Source of the DNA: Macrostomum lignano
Taxonomy: Eukaryota
Assembly (NCBI GenBank): GCA_002269645.1
Contig: NIVC01000952.1
Location: forward strand, 524,967-588,966
Direction: 5' to 3'
DNA length: 64,000 nucleotides
This document shows positions 54,201-64,000 of the stretch, piece after piece (positions within the stretch are counted from its first letter, which is position 1; each line of letters opens with the position of its first letter). Position numbers and translations under genes: made by a program. The notes under the pieces are model-generated. The model saw only the letters and a program-made list of their open reading frames with translations. It had not been told where the DNA came from and did not search any database.

Positions 54201-56932
54201 GGGTGGCTGAGGGATTGGGTCGGGGTGGCTGAGGGATTGGGTCGGGGTGGCTGGGGGATTGGGGTGGGGTGGCTGGGGGATTGGGGTGGGGTGGCTGGGG
54301 ATTGGGGTGGGGTGGCTGGGGATTGGGGTGGGGTGGCTGGGGATTGGGGTGGGGTGGCTGGGGATAGGGGTGGGGTGGCTGGGGGATTGGGGTGGCTGGC
54401 TGGGGATTGGGGTGGCTGGGGATTGGAGTGGGGTGGCTGGGAGATTGGGGTGGGGTGGCTGGGAGATTGGGGTGGGGTGGCTGGGAGATTGGGGTGGACA
54501 AACAGGTGGAGCCGCCCAGAGCGGCAGGCTGTTACCTTGCGGCCAACCCGATAGTTGAGCACCCGCTCAATGCCTTCAGCATCCTCGGTAGGCGGCGCCA
54601 GGAAGTCGGAGTGAGAGAGCCGGGCCTCCATCTCCTCCTGCGACGGCTCGCCGGCCAAGTCGGGCTCGTTATCATTGTCCGAGTCGTCCGAATCGCTGCG
54701 GGAGTTCGAATGAGCGCAGCAGGTGAGCACTCGAGGTAGGTAAAGAAAGCTAGAATACAAAAGTCACGACAGGAACGGCGAGATAGACTCGTGCTCAAAA
54801 AAGGTTGAATGCGGTGTTTAAAAGCTTCTACAATAGAAGAGTGACAATAAATCCGACTACGATTTCGTACAGTTCAGTCAAATAAATCAAAGCAGTTGGC
54901 TATAAGGATAGAGTGTGCATAAAATAACGTGCGAGAGCTTAGCAACTGCTGATTAATGTTAATATAACTTTAACTGACTGTTACCTAATCACAGCAAGAT
55001 ACTTTAAGGATTGCATACTAACCGCTACCAACTTTGCTTAACCTGCTAAAAAGGATTTTTTAAAAATCTGTCAGGGCAAATTCCTGATCCCCCATGATAG
55101 CTCCGCCGCCAAGGATCAGAACAGAATTGCTAACCGCCACCAAGAACGCGCAGTGCCGCTACCAGGTAATGAGCTGCTACAGGTGAACTACAAGAGCATT
55201 GCCAACCGAAAATAGGCGCTAAGCCAGATGGAGCTTAAATAAACACAATAAGCGTAGTAAAAATTGCGGATACAATCCAGATACAAACAGAGAGACAACG
55301 CACGGCACCTCTTTTGAGCAGTCTTGGCGCCCAGACTGTGAGAAGAGAACTTTCTCAGCGGCCTCAGAGCGGCCTCGGAGGCGCCCCTGCGGTGGGTGAC
55401 AGAGGCTCGGGCTGCATTGTACAATCCTGCATAATAAACCAGCATATTGCAGTACCGCATGCCCCAGCATGTGGCACCGGGGTTGCGGATGCCAAGTTAG
55501 AAAAGATTTTTCACCTGGTCTCCGGCCGTTTACCGGCGCCTCGGGTCCCCGCTGCCTGGCGCGGCGGAGCGTCCGTAGCCGTCCGCAGCATGGGGTGCAG
55601 CTTGTTGCTCGGCTTCAGCTGGCCGCCACCGGATGATCGCTGGCCGTGCTGCTGCTGCTGCTGCTGCGACCTGCGCGGCGCCGCTGACTCCGCCACGTAG
55701 TCGCCGTCATCGGAGCTTGCATCGACCTTGGCATCTTCGCCAGACGTCGACAGCTCTCTGTAGCTGCGCACTCGGCCGCTGCTACGGCGTGACGACCGGA
55801 GCTGCCGCTGCTTCTTCTGCGATTGCGCTGAGGCGGCGCTGCCACCTCGCCGGCGCTTCCTGGCCGCGGCTGGTGCCGGCAAAGACGAGGAAGACGAAGA
55901 CGTGGCGTCGTCATCGGAAGACGAGCCGGCGGCGGCTGCCGAGTTCAAACGGGTCGACGAGCCGCCGTCGTCATCGTCGCTAGAGTTGGCGCCGTTGTCT
56001 TCGTCCGACAGGCTAAAGGTGACGCCACTGCGCCTGCGCCGCTTGCCGCCGCTGGCTGAGGCGCTGCCGCGGCGTCGCTTGCGCTGAGCGAACAGCTGCT
56101 GCTGCTGTGGATGCGGGTGCTGTGGGTGGCCGCCGCCCGCCTCGTCGCTGTCCTCTTCGTCCTCGTGCCCGACGGCCAGCCGGGTGGGCTTTTGGCGGCT
56201 GCGTCCGGACCGGCGGACGCCCCACAGCTCCGGGTCATCTTCGATGGCCGCGCGGAGCGACTCGCCGCCACCGCTGAAAGCGAAACAAGTGAAGGAGAGC
56301 GGAGCGCTGGAGCTCAGCCTGAGCCTGGTAGCAATATCCCCACCCATCAGTGATATCCTCACCCATCAGCAATATCCCCACCCATCAGTGATATCCTCAC
56401 CGATCAGCAATATCCCCACCCATCAGCGCAATATCCCCACTCATCAGCAATATCCCGGCCCATCAGCAATGCCCATCCATAAAGATGCAAGTCCTACCTG
56501 CCAGAGCCAGTCCTGCCGGCCCGCTGCTGCTTAACAGGAGCAGTGTGCCTTCTCTGATGCGGCAGGCGCTTGGAAGACTCCGAAGTTGATGAGGCAGCGG
56601 CTGGGGAGGAGGAATTGCTGCTGGCATCCTCAGTCTCCTTCAGCTGCTGCGGCTTCTGTTCATCGTCGCTGTCGCTGAGGCGGCCCCGGCGCTTGCCGCC
56701 ACTGCTGGCAGCTTTTGGCGCCGGTTTCGCCTTCTGCTGCTTCAACTGTTGTTGCTTCAGCTGCTGGCGCTGCTGGCGTGCTCTGGTGGCCCTCCTGCTG
56801 GCCTCTGAACTGCGGTCAGACTCATCTTCTGAAGAGCTGCTAACTGCTGCTGCTGGGGGGCCGCCAGCTGATGCAGAAGCTGACCCAGCTGATGTAGCTA
56901 TGGCTGCTGCAGCTGTTGCTGCCTCTTCATCA
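38282..56932 (-). CDS. CHD1: Chromodomain-helicase-DNA-binding protein 1 (CHD1/2 family), 11 exons, ~1,760 aa
   Basis: Exons 56932-56498, 56273-55515, 54695-54536, 54056-53550, 52160-51789, 51020-50566, 41669-41196, 41030-40673, 40335-40093, 39894-39323, 39221-38282. All internal junctions are GT-AG and phase-consistent. Two chromodomains, [22 protein letters not shown]-terminal CHCT. Start codon unresolved. Confidence 0.95.
39323..39894 (-). CDS. CHD1: CHD1 exon (SANT-SLIDE DNA-binding domain)
   Basis: LSDREIRAL...[26 protein letters not shown]...KPQAAHLRT. Confidence 0.9.
39935..40085. repeat. Intronic (GACT)/(GCCT) tetranucleotide microsatellite
   Basis: Direct reading of the sequence. 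Confidence 0.9.
40093..40335 (-). CDS. CHD1: CHD1 exon
   Basis: VVNLENLED...[19 protein letters not shown]...LGPRQRKQ. Confidence 0.85.
40673..41030 (-). CDS. CHD1: CHD1 exon (end of helicase C lobe)
   Basis: CHRIGQ...VYRLV...[27 protein letters not shown]. Confidence 0.92.
41196..41669 (-). CDS. CHD1: CHD1 exon (helicase C lobe)
   Basis: MELKKCCNH...[10 protein letters not shown]...[35 protein letters not shown]. Confidence 0.95.
41714..42724. repeat. 23-bp intronic minisatellite, left part
   Basis: Unit GAGATTCTCAGGTWGATTTATGC; resumes at 48875. Confidence 0.95.
42725..47644 (-). mobile_element. Non-autonomous Helitron unit A (4,920 bp) carrying a 23-bp satellite and an internal partial duplication
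   Basis: On the - strand: TC start; CCCCC-AAC-GGGGG hairpin followed by CTAG. Internal unit ATGTTTGACATGGTGGCTCTTTA. AGCAAGCATCCCC clusters at ~42870 and ~46420. Confidence 0.8.
47113..47167 (-). ncRNA. tRNA-derived (Ser-GCT-like) Pol III cassette in the Helitron arm; second copy at ~48330-48384
   Basis: TAGCCTAGATG (A-box-like), GGACTGCTAAT (anticodon arm-like), GGGTTCGAATC (B box), then a T7 run about 20 nt downstream. No complete cloverleaf. Confidence 0.5.
47645..48874 (-). mobile_element. Non-autonomous Helitron unit B (1,230 bp), head-to-tail with unit A
   Basis: Same CTAG/hairpin end and the same ~600-bp 5' arm. The pair sits in an A|T site of one satellite unit (caggtagga | ttttgtgag), with no TSD. 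Confidence 0.8.
48875..50508. repeat. 23-bp intronic minisatellite, right part
   Basis: Same unit as 41714-42724. Confidence 0.95.
50566..51020 (-). CDS. CHD1: CHD1 exon (SNF2 ATPase, DEAH)
   Basis: [10 protein letters not shown]...VDEAHRLKN...[21 protein letters not shown]...[14 protein letters not shown]. Confidence 0.96.
51081..51666. repeat. 30-bp intronic minisatellite
   Basis: GGGGAATTGCTCAGAGTGCCTRYGSCTAAG units. Confidence 0.92.
51789..52160 (-). CDS. CHD1: CHD1 exon (SNF2 motif I)
   Basis: [12 protein letters not shown]...[15 protein letters not shown]...[11 protein letters not shown]. Confidence 0.96.
52280..53230. repeat. GA-rich intronic low-complexity array
   Basis: Near-pure purine GAGAGGAGAGAAG... 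repeats. Confidence 0.92.
53550..54056 (-). CDS. CHD1: CHD1 exon (double chromodomain)
   Basis: [18 protein letters not shown]...VERVVAH...[18 protein letters not shown]. Confidence 0.95.
54080..54497. repeat. G-rich ~21-bp intronic repeat
   Basis: GGGGTGGCTGGGGATTGGGGT-type units. Confidence 0.9.
54536..54695 (-). CDS. CHD1: CHD1 exon (start of chromodomain 1)
   Basis: SDSDD...[14 protein letters not shown]; ctcccgcag| acceptor and AAG|gtaaca donor. Confidence 0.85.
55515..56273 (-). CDS. CHD1: CHD1 exon (Ser/acidic N-terminal region)
   Basis: [15 protein letters not shown] motif and RVRSYRE; donor AG|gtgaaa (3' boundary moderately sure). Confidence 0.8.
56330..56480. repeat. ~19-20-bp intronic repeat
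   Basis: CAGCAATATCCCCACCCAT units. Confidence 0.75.
56498..56932 (-). CDS. CHD1: CHD1 N-terminal exon
   Basis: [10 protein letters not shown]...GRTGSG, donor AG|gtagga. Confidence 0.7.
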
Positions 56933-59714
56933 CTAAAAGTTTTGGTTATTCATCAAGTTAGAGCTACATAGTTGACTAGAAATATATAAAAATGCTTCTG
57001 AAAATTGAAAAAAAAACATATTTGCTTACTCATCTTCTTTCTTTTCTGTGTCACCATGCTTGCCAAACAAATTTGGATTAAAGTCAGCGATATCCAGCTG
57101 TGGAAAAATATTTTCAAATAATGTCATTATTAATAAAGCAATGAACAACATAGATTACACTAAAAAACTGAAGACAAAAAGCTTACAAGGGACATCACAG
57201 CTTCTTAAATGGTTTAGTATATACTCTGAAATTGAAATAATTTTTGGTGAAAATAGATTGTACATTATTAATTAAAACGAAGAATTTATCAATCTAAATG
57301 ACTAAAAAACAATTTAAAGAATATAAACTAAATATTCAAAAGGCAATAAGTTGTAAGAAAAAAGGAAATAATAGGAAATTACTTAACCTAAAATTTATAG
57401 CATAGATAAAATATATAATACACAACAATGTCTTTTAACCTAAAAAAATCCTATGTATATCATTGACAGCTTAAAATATGTTATAATTCTATTGTATTAT
57501 AATATAGTTAAAAATATTAAACATAGTATATAATGTTACAAAAGTTTGTTTAAAAAAAATGTCCAACTATTAAGGTCTGCATAATAATTATATTTATAGA
57601 CAAAAATATTGATATATATATACCAACTCTTTTAAATAAAAAATAATTTATTTTAGTCAAATCAAAAAATGCTCATATTCAATAAATATGAAAATATTTT
57701 AAAAAACTATCATAATAAGTTGAAAATACTGTTTAACTTTAAATTAGGCCCTCATATAAGTAGGGCTTACATATTGACATTTTGGTATCTTTTTAAAATA
57801 TTAGGCTACAATCAATAAAATAAATTCAATGAATATATTATATACATTTATTTTCAAAATATTAATTTTGTATAACTAATGTTAAATGGTTTTTATTAGA
57901 AAAATGATATATTGAGAATAGAAAGTTTAAATACTAGGGTCAAAGCATGAATTTATATTGCTATACCATTATCATGCTAAACCAAAGTAGAAATTATTGA
58001 TTAATTAATTATTGTTATACTGACTATATAAAATTGGCAATTTTGGTTTTAAAGGGACTAGATTCATACATATTGTATTTCTTTTTTCTTTTTATATTAT
58101 TTATTAAGTCATATAAACCTAGCATATAAATTAGCCTAGCTTTGAAACCTTTACTTTAGTTGGAAAATCAACTCCTAAATAAATTATCTGAGCTAGATTA
58201 GTTTAGAACTAAAAATGAAACAATAGACCACTAGAAAAAAATCATGTAAAAAACAATTAAAATACTAAAAACTGATTAACACAGCAAAACACAGTAGGCC
58301 CCCCCCCTATTTTAAGTCTTCAAAATCACATCATAGGCAACAGAGGCCAAAAAGGTAAGGCTAGGCAACTAGCCCATGTATAATAAAAACTAGGCCCTAA
58401 GAATTTTAAGTTCGTCATGTTAAGAGTTTAAACTGAGAGTTTTTTATGCATTCCACTAAAAAACAATAATGTGACTTACGAAAACTAATATTAGACTACC
58501 TAGACAAGAGCGCAATTATGTGGGGTATGGAGATTCTTAATCCAAAGTGTCAAACTCAATTATGAATTAAACGTTCATTTTTGAAAATGTAAGTGACCAA
58601 AACATCATGAGTAGTTTCAACGAAACTTACTTGAATTGTAAAGTATAAATGAACAGCTCCCTTCCAGCAATAACGTTTCTTAAATAACGAAAAAACAACA
58701 GGAGAATCTCTCAATCTCTCATGCATACAACTGACAACTAAAAAATCTTTTTTTGTCGAAGTCTAACATGCTGAAGCAACAATTAGTTTACTAAACAGAA
58801 ACAATCGTAATTAATTTTAAGGAGATTTGGCCTTTTTTCGCAAAAAATGTATACGACAATTGGTACTAAAATACATCAGTTCTTTTTATTTGTTAAATTT
58901 TACTCCTTGCGTAAGTTTTGAGTCCGATACTTAAAGTATTATTTTTTTATGTCAAGAATTGCTACGTACCCAAAATTATGTGTAAGAAAATTCTTAGTGT
59001 AAGCATTTCGTATTCTCTTTTGCTATCGTGGAGTCCCTTGAAATATCTTTCTTCTCTCTACCTTTGTAAGGTTCTTTATCTTTATTAGCCGTTCTTGAAA
59101 GTAATCTGTACTTACGAACAAAAAAATAAAACAAACGATCAGACAAGAAATTAAAAAAAAATTGTGAAGTACTGATGCCAGTTAGCATATTTTCTTAATT
59201 TAGTTTTTTATCGCTGCAAAGGTTTGAATCTGGTAAAAGAATCGGTTTATATATTATGAACTTATAAGTTGTACTGGAATTTAATCAGAGTAAATTCGCT
59301 AATATTTTTTAAAATCAGAAAATGTTACTCTCTTCCGTCTCTCTCTTGGTCTCCGTGTATTATAATTTCAAAATGAAACTTGTAGACACATGCAAGTAGA
59401 GCTCTTATGTCCCTGAGATTGGGGGCTCAACAAACACAGGTTTTTTATGCGGTTGTTGGGGCTAAAGCTAGGATGAATGCAGTTTTTGCCAGTTCTTGTT
59501 TAGTAGTTTTACTATAAATAAATGTCAAATGAGAATGAGATACTGTTAATGAGGGATATAGGTTAAGAAATTTCAGTCATTTTTTACTCTCCCACTCTAC
59601 TATAGTACATAAATGATGGGGAACTGTTGTGATTCGAGTTAAAATCATATAGAAAATTTATTTTAGGGATTTTTAGCTATAGTCCATTAGTCCATATGCT
59701 TGGATATGATTCAG

Positions 59715-59982
59715 ATTTTTATTTGGCTATATGACTTACTTTTTAACAAAAATGTGACTTATTTATATAAGACTTCCTAATAAAGAAAAATTAACTCCAG
59801 TTTTGGGTAAATTGTTGGAGTAACTATGACTTCATTATTAAGGCTAAATTCCTCATCAGCTAGTTAATATATATTAGGCCTATGCCTATATTTTTGGGTT
59901 GGCATTTTTTGCAACTTTTCCTTGGCCAGACCTCTTGCCACCTCGCCAAATTGGCCAGGTTGGCCAGGTGTTATACATGTAT
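59715..59982. mobile_element. Decayed, AT-shifted, inverted relative of the 28563 hAT MITE
   Basis: TTTTGGGTAAA..GGAGTAACTATGAC, GGCATTTTTTGCAACTT, CCAAATTGGCC, GTTATACATGTAT. Confidence 0.45.
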
Positions 59983-60121
59983 TAGTCTATTTTATAGTCA
60001 AGAGTCATAATTATTTACTTTAAGCATTGTATAAATATAATAGTGCTTACAATCCATATATTGTATAATGTATAGATTACATGAACTTAATAAATAGCTA
60101 CATTTTCACTTCAAATTCCAG

Positions 60122-60397
60122 GTGCTCTTTGAACCAAGTGGACCCCACCGGGTTGGGGCCATGGACCTGCTGACCAAGCATGGCAAGTCTGGGGTACTGA
60201 TACGTCTCTTCTATCCAAGTGGGATTCGAACTCCAGACCATGCTGTTGAAGGGGTGCGCAGCTACACAACGCCAGAGTGCATTCAAGGCGCCCTGGCTGC
60301 AATGGGCCACAGCTATTGGATCAGCACCCTGCTGAATTGGGGCTTCTCCATGCTGCGCCTCCGCTGCGACTGGCGAGCTGAGGCTGTCGGCGAGCAG
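60122..60397 (+). CDS. PAF-acetylhydrolase family (PLA2G7/PAFAH2-like), exon
   Basis: PSGPHRVGAMDLL...GVLIRLFYPS; ccag|GTG acceptor and CAG|gtaaga donor. Start codon is upstream and was not found. Confidence 0.8.
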
Positions 60398-60879
60398 GTA
60401 AGAGCTGAGTCCCGATGAAGACAAGAAGCTGGAATGACACAAATTTAAATATTGTTCAATGAAGAAGATGAAAGCTTCAACTCCATTTGCAATCAAGGCC
60501 CTGGTGGCCACCCAAGGACTGCTAAATCAAACATTTGGACGGAAAACAGCTGCTGCAGTCCGTCAGTCGGGTCTGAAATAATTTGGCCAACAGAAAATGA
60601 GTTGGGCATAGAAACTGCTCGAAGACTCAACCTCTCTGCTCTTAGCAGCCAAATAAACCGAGGTCGCTCATTTCTGTTTGAAAATTTGTATTGTTCTCGC
60701 AACTAAGGGGTGGCGTAAATAAATACGTTTATTACTCTTGCGGCGAGCCCAGCTTGCTTGTTGTGCCTAAGTCTGATGCGGGCTCGCGTTGAGTAAGTTT
60801 GAAAATAGCTCTAGACTAATGCGTGACATTCTACTGTCCTCAGTAGTTGCATTTGCACAAGAGAGAGTGATGTCTCTTG

Positions 60880-61417
60880 GATCTGCCTCTCCTCACCGCT
60901 CCAGTCCTTGAGAATCTGCCTCTCAGCTCATCCAGTCTTTGAGAATCTGCCTCTTCGCTCCCCCAATGCTTGAGAATCTGCATCTCCGCTCCCCAATGCT
61001 TGAGAATCTGCATCTCCGCTCCCCAATGCTTGAGAATCTGCATCTCCGCTCCCCCAATGCTTGAGAATCTGCATCTCCGCTCCCCAATGCTTAAGAATCT
61101 GCATCTCCGCTCCCCAATGCTTGAGAATCTGCATCTCCGCTCCCCAATGCTTGAGAATCTGCATCTCCGCTCCCCAATGCTTGAGAATCTGCATCTCCGC
61201 TCCCCAATGCTTGAGAATCTGCATCTCCGCTCCCCAATGCTTGAGAATCTGCATCTCCGCTCCCCAATGCTTGAGAATCTGCATCTCCGCTCCCCAATGC
61301 TTAAGAATCTGCCTCTCCGCTCCCCAATGCTTGAGAATCTGCATCTCCGCTCCCCAATGCTTAAGAATCTGCATCTCCGCTCCCCAATGCTTAAGAATCT
61401 GCCTCTCCGCTCCCCCT
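60880..61417. repeat. 30-bp intronic minisatellite
   Basis: CCCCAATGCTTGAGAATCTGCATCTCCGCT units. Confidence 0.95.
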
Positions 61418-61517
61418 AACCAAGCCAATTTCCGTCGCTTCTGCTGTCTTATAAGAAACTGAAAATGCTTGGCGATACCAATTGAGGAAGTCACTTGCAG
61501 GTTGCCTTCACCCGCAG

Positions 61518-61913
61518 CTGCCGGCAATCGTGCTGTCTCACGGCCTCGGCGGCAGCCGGCACCTCTACTCCTCGCTGAGCCTCGAGCTCGCCTCCCACGG
61601 CTTCGTCGTAGCGGCAGTCGAGCATCGCGACGGTTCGGCGTGCGCCACCTTCTACGCGGAGCCGCCGGCCGACGAAGGAAGCCGCGGCGATGGCCCGAAG
61701 GCTTCCCGGGTCAGCTGGCTGCCGCTGCAGCGGGCCGCACTGGACGATGTGCCGCTGCGCAACGGCCAGGCGGAACAGCGGGCAGCCGAGTGCCTGGAAG
61801 CTGCCGAGACTCTCTGCCTGCTGACCAGATCCGGCAGCGCTGAGGTGTCCAACCGGATGCCCGACAGTGACTGCGGACCGGATGCGGACGCCCGGATGTT
61901 GGATCAGTTCAAG
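61518..61913 (+). CDS. PAF-acetylhydrolase family, exon
   Basis: PAIVLSHGLGGSRHLYS..LASHGFVVAAVEHRDGSA...RNGQAEQRAAEC; phase-0 splice sites. The catalytic GHSxG would lie beyond the window. Confidence 0.88.
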
Positions 61914-61937
61914 GTCCGCACTGGCTCAGTATTGCGA

Positions 61938-64000
61938 GTCTCTCCAGGGCATTTGATGTCTCTCCAGGGCATTTGATGTCTCCAGTGCATTGGGTGCCTC
62001 TCCAGGGCATTGGGTGCCTCTCCAGGGCATTGGGTGTCTTTCCAGTGCATTGGGTGCCTCTCCAGGGCATTGGGTGCCTCTCCAGGGCATTGGGTGCCTC
62101 TCCAGGGCATTGGGTGCCTCTCCAGGGCATTGGGTGCCTCTCCAGTGCATTGGGTGCCTCTCCAGGGCATTGGGTGCCTCTCCAGTGCATTGAGTGCCTC
62201 TCCAGTGCATTGGGTGTCTCCAGTGCATTGGGTGCCTCTCCAGGGCATTGGGTGCCTCTCCAGTGCATTGAGTGCCTCTCCAGTGCATTGGGTGTCTCCA
62301 GTGCATTTGGTGTCTCTCCAGGGCATTGGGTCTCTCCAGGGCATTGGGTGTCTCCAGTGCATTGGGTGTCTCCAGTGCATTTGGTGTCTCCAGTGCATTG
62401 AGTGTCTCTCCAGGGCATCGGGTGTCTCCAGGGCATTGGGTGTCTCCAGTGCATTGGGTGTCTCCAGTGCATTGAATGTCTCTCCAGGGCATTGGGTGTC
62501 TCTCCAGGGCATTGGGTGTCTCCAGGGCATTTGGTGTCTCCAGTGCATTGAGTGTCTCTCCAGGGCATCGGGTGTCTCCAGGGCATTGGGTGTCTCCAGT
62601 GCATTGGGTGTCTCCAGTGCATTGGGTGTCTCCAGTGCATTGGGTGTCTCCAGTGCATTGAGTGTCTCTCCAGTGCATTGGGTGTCTCTCCAGGGCATTG
62701 GGTGTCTCCAGTGCATTTGGTGTCTCTCCAGGGCATTGGGTCTCTCCAGGGCATTGGGTGTCTCCAGTGCATTGGGTGTCTCCAGGGCATTTGGTGTCTC
62801 CAGTGCATTGAGTGTCTCTCCAGGGCATCGGGTGTCTCCAGTGCATTGAGTGTCTCTCCAGGGCATCGGGTGTCTCCAGGGCATTGGGTGTCTCCAGGGC
62901 ATTGGGTGTCTCCAGTGCATTGGGTGTCTCCAGTGCATTGAGTGTCTCCAGGGCATTGGGTGTCTCCAGGGCATTGGGTGTCTCTCCAGGGCATTGGGTG
63001 TCTCCAGTGCATTGAGTGTCTCTCCAGGGCATTGGGTGTCTCCAGTGCATTGGGTGCCTCTCCAGTGCATTGGGTGCCTCTCCAGGGCATTGGGTGCCTC
63101 TCCAGGGCATTGGGTGCCTCTCCAGGGCATTGGGTGCCTCTCCAGTGCATTGAGTGCCTCTCCAGGGCATTGGGTGCCTCTCAAGTGCATTAGGTGTCTC
63201 CAGGGCATTTGGTGTCTCCAGTGCATTGAGTGTCTCTCCAGGGCATCGGGTGTCTCCAGGGCATTGGGTGTCTCCAGTGCATTGAGTGTCTCCAGGGCAT
63301 TGGGTGTCTCCGGTGCATTGAGTGTCTCCAGTGCATTGAGTGTCTCCAGTGCATTGGGTGTCTCCAGTGCATTGAGTGTCTCTCCAGGGCATTGGGTGTC
63401 TCCAGTGCATTGAGTGTCTCCAGGGCATTGGGTGTCTCCAGGGCATTGGGTGTCTCTCCAGGGCATTGGGTGCCTCTCCAGGGCATTGGGTGCCTCTCCA
63501 GGGCATTGGGTGCCTCTCCAGGGCATTGGGTGTCTTTCCAGTGCATTGGGTGTCTCCAGAGCATTGAGTGTCTCTCCAGGGCATTGGGTGTCTCCAGGGC
63601 ATTGGGTGTCTCCAGTGCATTGAGTGTCTCTCCAGGGCATTGGGTGCCTCTCCAGGGCATTGGGTGCCTCTCCAGGGCATTGGGTGCCTCTCCAGGGCAT
63701 TGGGTGCCTCTCCAGGGCATTGGGTGTCTTTCCAGTGCATTGGGTGCCTCTCCAGGGCATTGGGTGCCTCTCCAGGGCATTGGGTGCCTCTCCAGGGCAT
63801 TGGGTGCCTCTCCAGGGCATTGGGTGCCTCTCCAGGGCATTGGGTGCCTCTCCAGGGCATTGGGTGCCTCTCCAGGGCATTGGGTGCCTCTCCAGGGCAT
63901 TGGGTGTCTCCAGGGCTTTGGGTGCCTCTCCAGTGCATTGAGTGCCTCTCCAGGGCATTGGGTGCCTCTCCAGTGCATTAGGTGTCTCCAGGGCATTTGG
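61938..64000. repeat. 18/20-bp composite intronic minisatellite, running off the window
   Basis: CTCCAGKGCATTGRGTG(T/CCT/TCT) units. Confidence 0.95.

Noticed and set aside
57000-60000. Bidirectional promoter between divergent CHD1 and PAF-AH
   Set aside because: Plausible from orientation, but no specific element or TSS can be supported in this AT-rich stretch.
61904-63996. Long - strand ORFs (up to 684 aa)
   Set aside because: Artefacts of the 18/20-bp intronic array.

Overview
Eukaryotic, intron-rich, repeat-dense window. GC-rich exons and minisatellite-filled introns suggest an invertebrate such as a free-living flatworm (Macrostomum-like); this is inference only. Host genes: a VWD/EGF (VWDE-like) gene (-), mRpL41 (-), a GT-A glycosyltransferase of CAP59/GT69-like type (+), an 11-exon CHD1 (-) and two exons of a PAF-acetylhydrolase (+). 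The main result is a complete, very young 10,585-bp Ty3/Gypsy-type LTR element at 2782-13366, with two 856-bp LTRs in which I see no difference, a TGCA target duplication, a PBS and a PPT. Its gene order is unusual: gag, then a herpes-gB-like (class III) envelope with signal peptide, furin site and TM, then an LYPxI/PTAP/PPxY late-motif cluster, then PR-RT-RNaseH-IN. Five single-base gaps split what would otherwise be one ~2,495-aa ORF. An extra ORF downstream encodes an MGxxxS (myristoylation-type) tandem-RING protein. The element sits in the last coding exon of the VWDE-like gene and displaces its hydrophobic C-terminal tail. Other elements: a 1,032-bp TATA...TATA insertion with 5-bp TSD splitting the glycosyltransferase; tandem non-autonomous Helitrons carrying a satellite and a tRNA-like Pol III cassette inside an 8.9-kb CHD1 intron; hAT, PIF and Tc1 MITEs; P-element and Crypton relics; and many minisatellites. 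All motif assignments were made by eye, with no database search.
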